Below the pieces are notes generated by a model that ran no database searches, was not told the DNA's origin, and saw only the letters and a list, made by a program, of their open reading frames with translations. From contig DATGGM010000144.1 in the NCBI GenBank assembly GCA_035308525.1, positions 39,600 to 103,599 of the forward strand: a stretch of DNA of 64,000 nt, read 5' to 3'. Position numbers and translations under genes: made by a program. Below, piece by piece: positions 9,009-17,323 of the stretch. This DNA is from Bryobacteraceae bacterium. GTDB lineage: Bacteria; Acidobacteriota; Terriglobia; Bryobacterales; Bryobacteraceae. Position 1 is the stretch's first letter; each line of letters begins with the position of its first letter.

Positions 9009-9170
9009 ATGGAGCAGGAACCTCAAAAAAAGACCTTAACGGACTCCCCCAAACCGCCGGCCGGCGCGGAGAACCCTCCCGATGCCAGTGCTGAACCCGA
9101 ACAGGTGATTCGTCCCGAGGACGAGGCCTTGGTTGTAGAGCGGTTGCGGGAATTGGGCTATATCGAATAG
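9009..9170 (+). CDS. Small ORF (53 aa) upstream of the sulfatase-fold gene, acidic/Pro-rich with an ERLRELGYIE tail
   Basis: ATG 9009 to TAG 9168-9170, below the ORF-track length cut-off. Translation: MEQEPQKKTLTDSPKPPAGAENPPDASAEPEQVIRPEDEALVVERLRELGYIE. GC-rich third positions in the second half. Ends 37 nt before the next start. Confidence 0.3.
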   Translation: MEQEPQKKTLTDSPKPPAGAENPPDASAEPEQVIRPEDEALVVERLRELGYIE

Positions 9171-9207
9171 GCGCCGCCAAGCCGGGATGCGCGGCCATTA
9201 AGAATCC

Positions 9208-10539
9208 ATGCAGGCTAAACCGAATATTATTTTGATCAGCGCCGATTCCTTGCGCGCCAACCACCTGGGGTGCTATGGCTACTCGCTCCCCACCAGCCCC
9301 CACATCGACGCGTTCGCCTGCCAGGGGGCCCTCTTTGAAAAGACCTTCGCCCCGGCCATTCCCACGCAGCCCTCGCATACCACCATCTTCACCGGACAGC
9401 ATGCCATCACTCATGGCGTGGTAGCGCATGGCGGCAAAGCCAAGCTGGGCCGCGGAACGCCGTTCCTGCCGGAAATCCTCTCGGGCGAAGGTTACACCAC
9501 CTGCGCCGTGGACACTCTCTTCCGCGAGCGCATCTGGTTCGGCCGCGGCTGGGAGTACATCATCGACCCCAGCCTGCACCACGTCTTTTATGCATCGGTC
9601 ACCCAGGAAGAACTGAACGACCGCGCCATTCAGTGGATGAAGACGGTTCCCAACCAGAAGCCGTTCTTCATGTTCATCCACTACTGGGATGTGCATTACC
9701 CCTACACCCCGCCCGATCGCATGCGCGGGCTGTTCTATAAGGGCGGTAATCCTACCGACCCCGCGAACCACCAGCTCGATGAATGGTGGGACCACCCCGT
9801 CGGCGCCATGGCGCGCGACACCTGGCTGCGCACCGCTAACGGCCTGATCACCGATCCCAACTACGTCACCGCGCTGTACGACCGCGAGATCCGCTACCTC
9901 GACGAAGGCATCGCCCACCTCTCGGACGCGCTCGAAAAGCTGGGCATCGCCGACAACACCATCGTGGTCCTGCTCGCCGATCACGGCGAAAGCATGACCG
10001 ATCACCGCATCTACTACGACCATTACGGGCTGCATGACTGCGTGGTGAACGTGCCCATGATGGTGCGCTGGCCGGCCGGCAAATTGAAAGCGGGCACCCG
10101 TTTCGCACCCTTCCGCCAGTTGTCCGACGTGGCGCCTACATTGCTCGAGGCCGCCGGCAGCGATCTTCCGGACGATCTCGATGGCAGGAGTTTCCTGCCC
10201 CAGTTAACAGGCAAGGAAGAACCCTCCGGTTACGACAAGGTCGTCGGGCTGGAATCCACCTGGCAATCGAAGTATTATCTGCGCACGGACCGCTACAAGT
10301 TCATTCTGGCGCGCTATCCTGATCTGCTCGGCAATCCGGACCGGGAACTGTTCGACCTGCAGGCGGATCCGCACGAGAACCACAACATCGCCGCGGAGCA
10401 GCCGCAGTTAGCCGCCGAAATGGAAAAGGAACTGGAAGCCTTCATCGCCCAGAAAATGGAGGCGGCCGGCCGGGACGAAGACCCGGTCCGTAAAGAAGGC
10501 CCGGTGGCCGTGGAAATCTGGGAACAACATAGAGGATGA
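9208..10539 (+). CDS. Sulfatase-fold (alkaline-phosphatase superfamily) enzyme with Thr/His in place of the formylglycine Cys/Ser and Arg
   Basis: 443 aa. The N-terminus PNIILISADSLRANHLGCYG is a typical sulfatase metal-binding start. The signature position reads T-Q-P-S-H-T-T-I-F-T-G where sulfatases have C/S-x-P-S-R-x-x-x-x-T-G. No signal peptide or TM segment seen. Confidence 0.75.
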   Translation: MQAKPNIILISADSLRANHLGCYGYSLPTSPHIDAFACQGALFEKTFAPAIPTQPSHTTIFTGQHAITHGVVAHGGKAKLGRGTPFLPEILSGEGYTTCAVDTLFRERIWFGRGWEYIIDPSLHHVFYASVTQEELNDRAIQWMKTVPNQKPFFMFIHYWDVHYPYTPPDRMRGLFYKGGNPTDPANHQLDEWWDHPVGAMARDTWLRTANGLITDPNYVTALYDREIRYLDEGIAHLSDALEKLGIADNTIVVLLADHGESMTDHRIYYDHYGLHDCVVNVPMMVRWPAGKLKAGTRFAPFRQLSDVAPTLLEAAGSDLPDDLDGRSFLPQLTGKEEPSGYDKVVGLESTWQSKYYLRTDRYKFILARYPDLLGNPDRELFDLQADPHENHNIAAEQPQLAAEMEKELEAFIAQKMEAAGRDEDPVRKEGPVAVEIWEQHRG

Positions 10540-10949
10540 ACCAAATGGACAATCAAGTCGTACCCCAAACAGATCTGAAATCGCTCGCGCAGGCTTACCT
10601 GGACGCGTTTCACGCCCGCGATATGGAGCGCTGTCTGGAATTCTTCGCCGACGACGCCACCGTGGACTTCAACAAGACCATCTACACCGGCCGCGAGAGC
10701 ATCACCGAGTGGCACAAAGACCGCTTTGCCGCCGAGCTGAAGATGATCAAGATGAACTCCATGACGGTGGATGGCGATACGGTCGTGGTGGACGGAGCAG
10801 TGGCTTCCAAGCGGCTGGCGGCCTGGCGGCTCAAGGCGCTGAGCGGCCGCGTCACCATGAAGTTCGAGAACGGCAAGATCAAACACGGCAAGCTGGCTCC
10901 GCGCATGACCAACCCCTTCAACATGATGCGCGAAGATATGGGCGCTTAG
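10536..10949 (+). CDS. SnoaL/NTF2-like small protein
   Basis: 137 aa. AYLDAFHARDMERCLEFFADDATVDF is the usual SnoaL-like opening. ATGA start/stop overlap with the sulfatase-fold gene. Confidence 0.55.
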   Translation: MNQMDNQVVPQTDLKSLAQAYLDAFHARDMERCLEFFADDATVDFNKTIYTGRESITEWHKDRFAAELKMIKMNSMTVDGDTVVVDGAVASKRLAAWRLKALSGRVTMKFENGKIKHGKLAPRMTNPFNMMREDMGA

Positions 10950-11467
10950 CGGAGCGTGCCTCCGTGCGGTTTGTCGTGCAGCCGTTTCTCAAACGCTTCG
11001 TAGTCGTTGGCAATGGCCTGCGCCAGCGCGAATAATTTGCTCAGCAGCTCTTCGGGCGATTCAAACTGGACCTGTAGTGCGCCCGGGCTCAACACCACGC
11101 CGGCCGGCAGGTCCGGCAATCTGTGACTGAGCATCTGCGGCTTAACCGGGATCTCCAGCCGCGCGCCGGCCTGCAAACGCCGCATGGCCTCCAACCGTTC
11201 CGCCAGGCGTTCCTTACGCCGCCATTCCATCCTGAAACCGGGACTCTCGCGAATCTGTTCGAGCTGCGCCAGTAGTTTGGGCCGGTCGATCAGGAAAGTG
11301 CGGCCGGCTTGATAACCCCCGAAGCCGCGGATCAGGTCGATGGCGCGCCGGCGGCGCAGGCCGAACAGGCGCTCGCATGTGGCGCGGTCCACCACCGGCA
11401 CGTCCAGCGCCGACAACTCCGCCAGGATCTCGGGGACATGCAGCAGCCATTGTGCTTTAGCCGGCAT
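10946..11467 (-). CDS. Hypothetical protein (173 aa)
   Basis: Complete ORF with ordinary composition and GC-rich third positions. No motif recognised. Its stop overlaps the SnoaL stop region by 4 nt (convergent). Confidence 0.5.
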   Translation of the reverse strand: MPAKAQWLLHVPEILAELSALDVPVVDRATCERLFGLRRRRAIDLIRGFGGYQAGRTFLIDRPKLLAQLEQIRESPGFRMEWRRKERLAERLEAMRRLQAGARLEIPVKPQMLSHRLPDLPAGVVLSPGALQVQFESPEELLSKLFALAQAIANDYEAFEKRLHDKPHGGTLR

Positions 11468-11484
11468 CTCAAGAGTTTATCGGG

Positions 11485-11763
11485 CTACCATCCCTGTTTC
11501 TGCGAGTTGAGCCAGGCGGTATCCAGCATGTGGTGGATTTCCATCCAAAACCCTCCCGGCTCGGTACTCAACACTTGGCCGAGCAGCAGTTGTTCGTCCC
11601 ATTCCAGGCGCACGGCAGCGCCGAATTTCAACGACACGTCCGCCGCCAGGTGCACGGATTTGCCGGAAAGCTCCAGGATGCGCGCCGGCCGCACCGTGCA
11701 GGCACCGTGGTCCAACACGCTCAGCGCCGCGGATTGCTCCGGCTTCCAGCTCAGCTCGCGCAT
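11485..11763 (-). CDS. Small hypothetical protein, possibly a degenerate PilZ-like beta-barrel
   Basis: 92 aa. ILELSGKSVHL...GAAVRLEW...LLLGQVLSTEP resembles the D/NxSxxG half of PilZ domains, but no RxxxR motif is visible. Diverges from the initiating sugar transferase across only 35 bp. Confidence 0.3.
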   Translation of the reverse strand: MRELSWKPEQSAALSVLDHGACTVRPARILELSGKSVHLAADVSLKFGAAVRLEWDEQLLLGQVLSTEPGGFWMEIHHMLDTAWLNSQKQGW

Positions 11764-11798
11764 ACCCTTCGCTGCCCAGTGTACTATGCGTTAAGGCG

Positions 11799-13145
11799 AT
11801 GTCCTCCTTTTTCCGGCACGTTCTATCCGCCCGCATGCTCAGTCTGGTGATTCCAGAGACCATCCTTCTTTTTTTCTGCTATATCCTGGCGGCATATTGG
11901 CTAGGCGGAACGGACCCCTCGGTCTTTCTGTTCTACGACAATGGCCTGCTGCAGATCGGCTTCGTGGTGGCCGGCATGCTTGTTGGCCTGCAGCTCAACA
12001 ACCTGTATGTGCAGGCCGGCGTGCGCTCCAAGATTTTGCTTGCGCAGCAGCTTTCGCTTGCGCTGGGCGTGACCTTCCTACTGGAAGCCCTATTGAGCTA
12101 TTTAAGGAACCCGGATCTCCTGCTGGCGCCTTCCATCATGCTGCTCGGCAGCGCCTTCACGCTGGTGGTGCTATTGGGCTGGAGGTTGTTTTACAGCGCG
12201 CTGATCTGGAAGAGCCTGGGCCTGCGGCGGGTGCTGTTTTGCGGCGCCGGCGCGGCCGCCCGGGAAGCCAGCGACAGCCTCGCCGTGCATCCCGAATTTG
12301 GCCTCGCGACCGCCGGTTTTATTGACGACGACTATCCGCCCGGTACGCTGTTGAACGGAGCCCAGGTGCTGGGTACATCCGCGGAGCTGGCCCAGGTGAT
12401 CTCGGCTGTGCGGCCGGATCGCATTGTGGCCGGCGTGACTGGCCGAGGCGCCGGCCTGCCATTCCGTGAACTGCTGGATCTGGAGTTCCGCGGCGTTGAA
12501 ATCCAGCGCGTGGCCGATCTCTATGAACTGGCCTGCGAGCGTGTCTGTGTGGCCGAGTTGCGGCCTTCACAGTTGATCTTTTCCGACGAATTGGAGGCCC
12601 GCCGCGGAGCCATCGCGCTGCAGGCCATCTATTCCAACATTGCGGCGCTCGCCGGACTCGCGGTGCTGGCGGTTCTGGCGCTGCCCATTGCACTGGCGAT
12701 CAAGTTGTCTTCACCCGGCCCGGTCGTCGAAGGGCGCGAGCGGTGGGGCCTGAACCGGGTGCCTTTCACTCTTTACCGTTTTCGCTGCCGGCGCCCGGAC
12801 GGCGAGTTTACGCGCGTGGGCGGCTGGCTGCGCCACCTGCGTTTGGACGGCCTGCCGCAACTGCTGAACGTGATCCGCGGGGAAATGTCCCTGGTGGGGC
12901 CGCGTCCGCATCGTCTGGAATTCATCCCGGTGCTGATGCAGCAAATGCCTTATTATGCCCAGCGGCATACGGTGCGGCCGGGCATTCTGGGATGGAGCCA
13001 GCTCAACTGCGACTACGGCACGCGCCTGCGCGACGCCCGGGAGTCATTGGAATACGACTTGTACTACATCAAACACATGTCTCCGGCGCTCGACGCGTAT
13101 ATCATCCTGCATAGTTTGATGGAGATACCGTTTCGGGAAGGCTAG
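11799..13145 (+). CDS. Polyprenyl-phosphate hexose-1-phosphate transferase (bacterial sugar transferase, WbaP/EpsB-type initiating enzyme)
   Basis: 448 aa. N-terminal TM segments, a Rossmann-like RVLFCGAGAAAREA stretch, and a C-terminal catalytic domain with LPQLLNVIRGEMSLVGPRP and RPGILGWSQL. Confidence 0.85.
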   Translation: MSSFFRHVLSARMLSLVIPETILLFFCYILAAYWLGGTDPSVFLFYDNGLLQIGFVVAGMLVGLQLNNLYVQAGVRSKILLAQQLSLALGVTFLLEALLSYLRNPDLLLAPSIMLLGSAFTLVVLLGWRLFYSALIWKSLGLRRVLFCGAGAAAREASDSLAVHPEFGLATAGFIDDDYPPGTLLNGAQVLGTSAELAQVISAVRPDRIVAGVTGRGAGLPFRELLDLEFRGVEIQRVADLYELACERVCVAELRPSQLIFSDELEARRGAIALQAIYSNIAALAGLAVLAVLALPIALAIKLSSPGPVVEGRERWGLNRVPFTLYRFRCRRPDGEFTRVGGWLRHLRLDGLPQLLNVIRGEMSLVGPRPHRLEFIPVLMQQMPYYAQRHTVRPGILGWSQLNCDYGTRLRDARESLEYDLYYIKHMSPALDAYIILHSLMEIPFREG

Positions 13146-14556
13146 GCGAAGCTACCGGGCTCTTCGCTTCACTGGTTGTGATTTCGGCAAATTTTTCGGT
13201 TAGTGTCTGCCGCAAAAGGTCGACAAACGGCGCCACGGTCATGGGTAGGATGGCGGATGCATAGGGCCGCTCCAGCACCGCGTAATCGCCGTTGGCCAGC
13301 GGTACCCGCGCGGTCCATCCGGGAGCGGCGGATTCGCCCGCGGAGTATTCATAAATCTCGCCGGCCAGGCAGAATCGTGCCTGTTGGAATCCGAATTTTG
13401 GGCAATTCTCGCGGATCACTTCCCAGCATTCGGCGGGCGTCGCGGCGGCCGCCAGCGCGGCGTGGAACTTGCGCAGTTCCAGTTGAGCGGAAACCGTGCG
13501 CTGGAGTTCGCCGCCGAACAACAGCCGGCTGGCGAGATCGAACTCGGCGTAGCCCAGATACTGGATGCCCACCAGCACAAAAACACAGAACAGCACGATG
13601 AGCGCGCCCGCGAAGCTGTGCACCACGCTCTGCAAGAGCGAGAACGCCGCGGCCAGGCCACACAGACCGTAAAGCATCAGAACGACGCGGCGCGGCGTAA
13701 ATCCGCGATCCAGCAGCCGGTGATGGATGTGGCCTCGATCGGCTGTAAAGATAGGTTGACGCCGCAGGAAACGCCGTACGACGGCCAGGGCGGCATCCAG
13801 CAAGGGTACCGAGAGCGCCATCAGCGGCGCCGTCATGCCCAGCAGCGTGGCGGATTTATTACTCCAGATCGCCGCATAACAGCCCAACAGGAACCCGATC
13901 AGCAGGCTGCCGGAATCGCCCAGAAAAATTGTGGCCGGATTGAAGTTGTAGCACAGAAAGGCCAGCAGCGCGCCGGCCAGCGGAAAGGTGGCGACCGCCA
14001 GCACCATGTTGTGCTGCATCATAGCGGCGGCAAAAACCGTCAGCGTGGCGAACAGACCGATGCCGGCGGCTAAGCCATCCAGCCCATCTACCAGGTTGAA
14101 TGCATTCATACAGGCGATCAGCCACAGAATGGTCAAAGGAATGTTCCACCAGGCATTCGTCGAAGCGCCGCCGATCGAGAGGATGCGCACTCCCCCGAAG
14201 ACCGCCAGGCTGGCTGCGCCGAGTTGCCCGAGAAGCTTGATCCATGCCTGCAGGTTGAACAGGTCATCGACCAATCCGATGGCGAAAGCCAGCGCGGCGC
14301 CCGGAAGCAGCCTCCACACCAGCGACACCTGCTGCGCGAGCGGACTTCCTTCGGCCGGATGAACCAGAACATATGCCAACAGGTAGGAAACGGCGATCGC
14401 CAGGCCCCCTACCCGGGGGATAGGATGACTGTGGATCTTACGAACCGCATCCGGTTCATCCACTACGCCGTACGACCGGAAGACGTCCCGGCAAATCGGG
14501 CTTAACACCAGGGAGATGATGAACGCTCTGAATCCTAACCAGAGCAGCGAATACAC
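13102..14556 (-). CDS. MraY/WecA-family polyprenyl-phosphate HexNAc-1-phosphate transferase with a ~140-aa C-terminal soluble extension
   Basis: 484 aa. Motifs VDEPDAVRKIHSHPIPRVGG, NAFNLVDGLDGLAAGIG and FLGDSGSLLIGF. The 3' end overlaps the convergent transferase gene by 44 nt. Confidence 0.8.
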   Translation of the reverse strand: MYSLLWLGFRAFIISLVLSPICRDVFRSYGVVDEPDAVRKIHSHPIPRVGGLAIAVSYLLAYVLVHPAEGSPLAQQVSLVWRLLPGAALAFAIGLVDDLFNLQAWIKLLGQLGAASLAVFGGVRILSIGGASTNAWWNIPLTILWLIACMNAFNLVDGLDGLAAGIGLFATLTVFAAAMMQHNMVLAVATFPLAGALLAFLCYNFNPATIFLGDSGSLLIGFLLGCYAAIWSNKSATLLGMTAPLMALSVPLLDAALAVVRRFLRRQPIFTADRGHIHHRLLDRGFTPRRVVLMLYGLCGLAAAFSLLQSVVHSFAGALIVLFCVFVLVGIQYLGYAEFDLASRLLFGGELQRTVSAQLELRKFHAALAAAATPAECWEVIRENCPKFGFQQARFCLAGEIYEYSAGESAAPGWTARVPLANGDYAVLERPYASAILPMTVAPFVDLLRQTLTEKFAEITTSEAKSPVASPSLPETVSPSNYAG

Positions 14557-14760
14557 GGCGGAACCTCCGGCTTACTCTTCCTGATGGTGGCGCACCCCAC
14601 CTCGCCGTGTCAAGGCAAATGAATTCAGTTATTTCCGGTTTGTACCGTACCGGTCTACCGTGCTTGTAACGCATTTTTGGACGGTGGCTATCCACGGTGG
14701 TTGAGCTTGACACCGCTCCTTCCGGCGCGTCAGAGTGAATGTTTGAAACACAATCACTCG

Positions 14761-16143
14761 ATGGAAATTCCTTGGAACATCGGAGGCCCTTTGCTGCTTG
14801 TTCGAACAACTCTATTCTTCGGCTGCGCGCTATGCCTGATTGCGCAGACCGATACTCCACAGCCGGATACCTCGCAGACTAGTGCGGGGGAAGAGTATAG
14901 CGGACCCGCGATTCTAAGCAGGGGCGATACCCCCAATGCGCAGGCTAAGACACCCATGGCATTCCGGCCCTACATCGGCCTGAGCGCCATTTACGACACC
15001 GGCCTGGTGCCGCTCTCGCTCACCCCCGCCGGCCAAATCCCCACCACCGACGAGTATGGAGTCGAATTGAACCTGGGCGCATACACTTACCGTGCCTGGA
15101 AACACACAACGCTGTCACTGGATTACCGCTCCAATTTCCGTCACTATTCAAACTCTCTGTGGGACGGCACCGATCAACTTCTGTCGCTGGCCCTCACCCA
15201 CAAGCCCACCCGGCGCATTACGATCACGCTGCGAAACTCAGCCGGCACATTCAAGCAGAACTACTTGCCTGGCTCTACGCCGGGCGCTTCGGACGGTTAC
15301 TTGCAGCTTCCACAGAATGACATCTACTATAACCGGGTCATCTTCTTGAGCACTTCGGCTGACCTGACTTACCAGCAGTCGGCCCGCCTGTCATTTAATT
15401 TCGGGGGGGAAGGCAATCTCATCAGCCGCCAGTCCGCCGCGCTTTACGGCATGACTGGAGCGGTCGCGCACGCTGACATGCAGTACCGGTTCACCCGGCA
15501 CACAACCCTAGGGGTGGACTATCGTTTTACGCACTATTCGTACACCAGGAGCTTCGGCACGGCGGACATACACTCGGTCGGTCTCAACTTGAGCACCCAG
15601 TTCTCTCCCCACGTGCAGTTTTCCGTGCGCGCCGGCGGCGCGCGGGTGGAGAGTCTTAGCCTGACCCAGGTCACACTCGACCCGGCGATCGCGGCGCTAC
15701 TCGGAGTTTCACAGGGCATTCAAGCCGCCTATCGCCTGAACTACGTTCCCGACGTGCAGGCGCGGCTGACGGATTCCTTCCGCCGTTCGCAGTTCTCCCT
15801 GATATATTCCGACGCCGTTTCTCCAGGCAACGGCGTTTACCTCACATCGAGAAACAACACCGGGACTGCCTCGTATAGCTACTCCGGCCTGCACTACTGG
15901 AACTTTGGCGTGGACACAACCTACGGCCGCCTGAGCGCCATCCTGCAGACTATTGGTGCGTACACGACCTACGGCGCAGGCGCCGGTGCCACCAGAGAGC
16001 TGGGGAAGGGACTGCACGCCGTGCTGCGCATAGACGCGCGCCATTACAACGTCAACAGCGAGGCGGCCTTCAAGCATACTGAGTACCGGGCGACGCTCGG
16101 GTTCGACTACAGTCCCGGAGAGGTCCCTCTGAGGCTCTGGTAG
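14761..16143 (+). CDS. Putative outer-membrane beta-barrel protein of the glycan locus
   Basis: ATG at 14761 gives a signal-like MEIPWNIGGPLLLVRTTLFFGCALCLIAQ (the track's TTG at 14677 is probably too far upstream). Alternating amphipathic strands (TLGVDYRFTHYSYT, VGLNLSTQFSPHVQFSVRAGG) and an aromatic C-terminus ...LRLW. Confidence 0.55.
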   Translation: MEIPWNIGGPLLLVRTTLFFGCALCLIAQTDTPQPDTSQTSAGEEYSGPAILSRGDTPNAQAKTPMAFRPYIGLSAIYDTGLVPLSLTPAGQIPTTDEYGVELNLGAYTYRAWKHTTLSLDYRSNFRHYSNSLWDGTDQLLSLALTHKPTRRITITLRNSAGTFKQNYLPGSTPGASDGYLQLPQNDIYYNRVIFLSTSADLTYQQSARLSFNFGGEGNLISRQSAALYGMTGAVAHADMQYRFTRHTTLGVDYRFTHYSYTRSFGTADIHSVGLNLSTQFSPHVQFSVRAGGARVESLSLTQVTLDPAIAALLGVSQGIQAAYRLNYVPDVQARLTDSFRRSQFSLIYSDAVSPGNGVYLTSRNNTGTASYSYSGLHYWNFGVDTTYGRLSAILQTIGAYTTYGAGAGATRELGKGLHAVLRIDARHYNVNSEAAFKHTEYRATLGFDYSPGEVPLRLW

Positions 16144-16159
16144 CCCGGCGGTATCCGTT

Positions 16160-17260
16160 TCAGCCCAGTAGCGCGGTGTATATCTCGCCCATTCTCCGGG
16201 CGGCCGCCTCTCTGGAGAAGCGGACCGGGACAAACCGGGCTGCTTTGGAAGCCATTTGGCCGCGCCGCTCGGGATCGCGCGCCAGCTGTTGCAATATTGC
16301 GGCCAGTGCCGCGGCATCGCCCGGCGCGAACAGCATGCCCGTTTCTCCATGCGTAACCAACTCCGGGTTGCCGCCAACCCTGGATGCAACTACGCAGCAG
16401 CCGCAGGCCATAGCCTCCATCAGCGAATTGGAGAGCGCCTCGGAAAGCGACGGCAGTACGAAGATATCGATCGCGCGCAGCCAATCGGCCACTCGTTTGG
16501 TGGCTGGTTCAAAGATGCAGTCACGCAAAATTCCCAGAGCCTGAGCACGGCGCTCTAGATCCGGCAGGCACGGTCCGCTGCCGACTATCGCCAACCGCAT
16601 GCCCGGCACGATGGCGTGCACCGCCGCAAAGGCTTCGAGCAGCGTTGCCAGCCCCTTCTCCGGCCGCAGGCCGCATACCACTCCCACCACCAGGGAAGAT
16701 TCTCGTAAGGCTTCGGTCCGCCCGCGCGATTCCGGTTGGAAAACGGAAGTATCGATGCCGTTGTAGCAGAGGTGGATCAGTCCTGGCGGGATCTTCTCGT
16801 CCTCGCGCAAATGCTGGCGCAGAAACTCGCAATTGACCACGATGCCGTCCACCAGGTGATCGGTGACGCGCAGCCCATGCCGCACGTACCCTGGCCAGAG
16901 CCCTCGGTGTACGCGTTGGCTGGAAACCACAACCGCGGAACCCGCCATGCGCGCGGCCGGGACCGCGCAGAGATTGGCGGGCGTGTCGAAGGTATGCACC
17001 AGGCGAATGCCCTGTTTCCGGATGTACCTGGCGATTTGCACCGCGCCTTTGATAGTGGCCAGCGACGGCACCGGAAAGTGCACGATGGGCACACCGCCGG
17101 AGCGCAGCTCGTCACCGCGCATGCCGGTGGGACGGAAACAGCCCACCCGTGGATCGAATCGGGAGCGGTCCAGCGACAGGGCCGTCTCGGCCATTTGCCG
17201 CTCGCTGCCGCCTGAGTCGAGTTCACGCACCATCAGTAGCATGGGAATCGGATCAGGCAT
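16160..17260 (-). CDS. GT4-family glycosyltransferase
   Basis: Track ORF 16160-17779 trimmed to ATG 17260 (MPDPIPMLLMVRELDSGGSERQ...). The upstream 173 codons are antisense to asnB and look like a shadow frame. The C-terminal half has the GT4 pattern FVLPSLSEALSNSLMEAMACGCCVVASRVGGNPELV. Confidence 0.8.
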   Translation of the reverse strand: MPDPIPMLLMVRELDSGGSERQMAETALSLDRSRFDPRVGCFRPTGMRGDELRSGGVPIVHFPVPSLATIKGAVQIARYIRKQGIRLVHTFDTPANLCAVPAARMAGSAVVVSSQRVHRGLWPGYVRHGLRVTDHLVDGIVVNCEFLRQHLREDEKIPPGLIHLCYNGIDTSVFQPESRGRTEALRESSLVVGVVCGLRPEKGLATLLEAFAAVHAIVPGMRLAIVGSGPCLPDLERRAQALGILRDCIFEPATKRVADWLRAIDIFVLPSLSEALSNSLMEAMACGCCVVASRVGGNPELVTHGETGMLFAPGDAAALAAILQQLARDPERRGQMASKAARFVPVRFSREAAARRMGEIYTALLG

Positions 17261-17323
17261 CCATACTTCACTGTATCCTAGTGACTTTCGGTCGAATGTT
17301 AGAGTAGGGCAAGGCATCGATTC

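Noticed and set aside
8950-10035. 361-aa minus-strand ORF
   Set aside because: It is antisense to the sulfatase-fold gene, with Val/Gly/Ala/Arg/His-biased low-information sequence. The + frame carries clear sulfatase-fold motifs.
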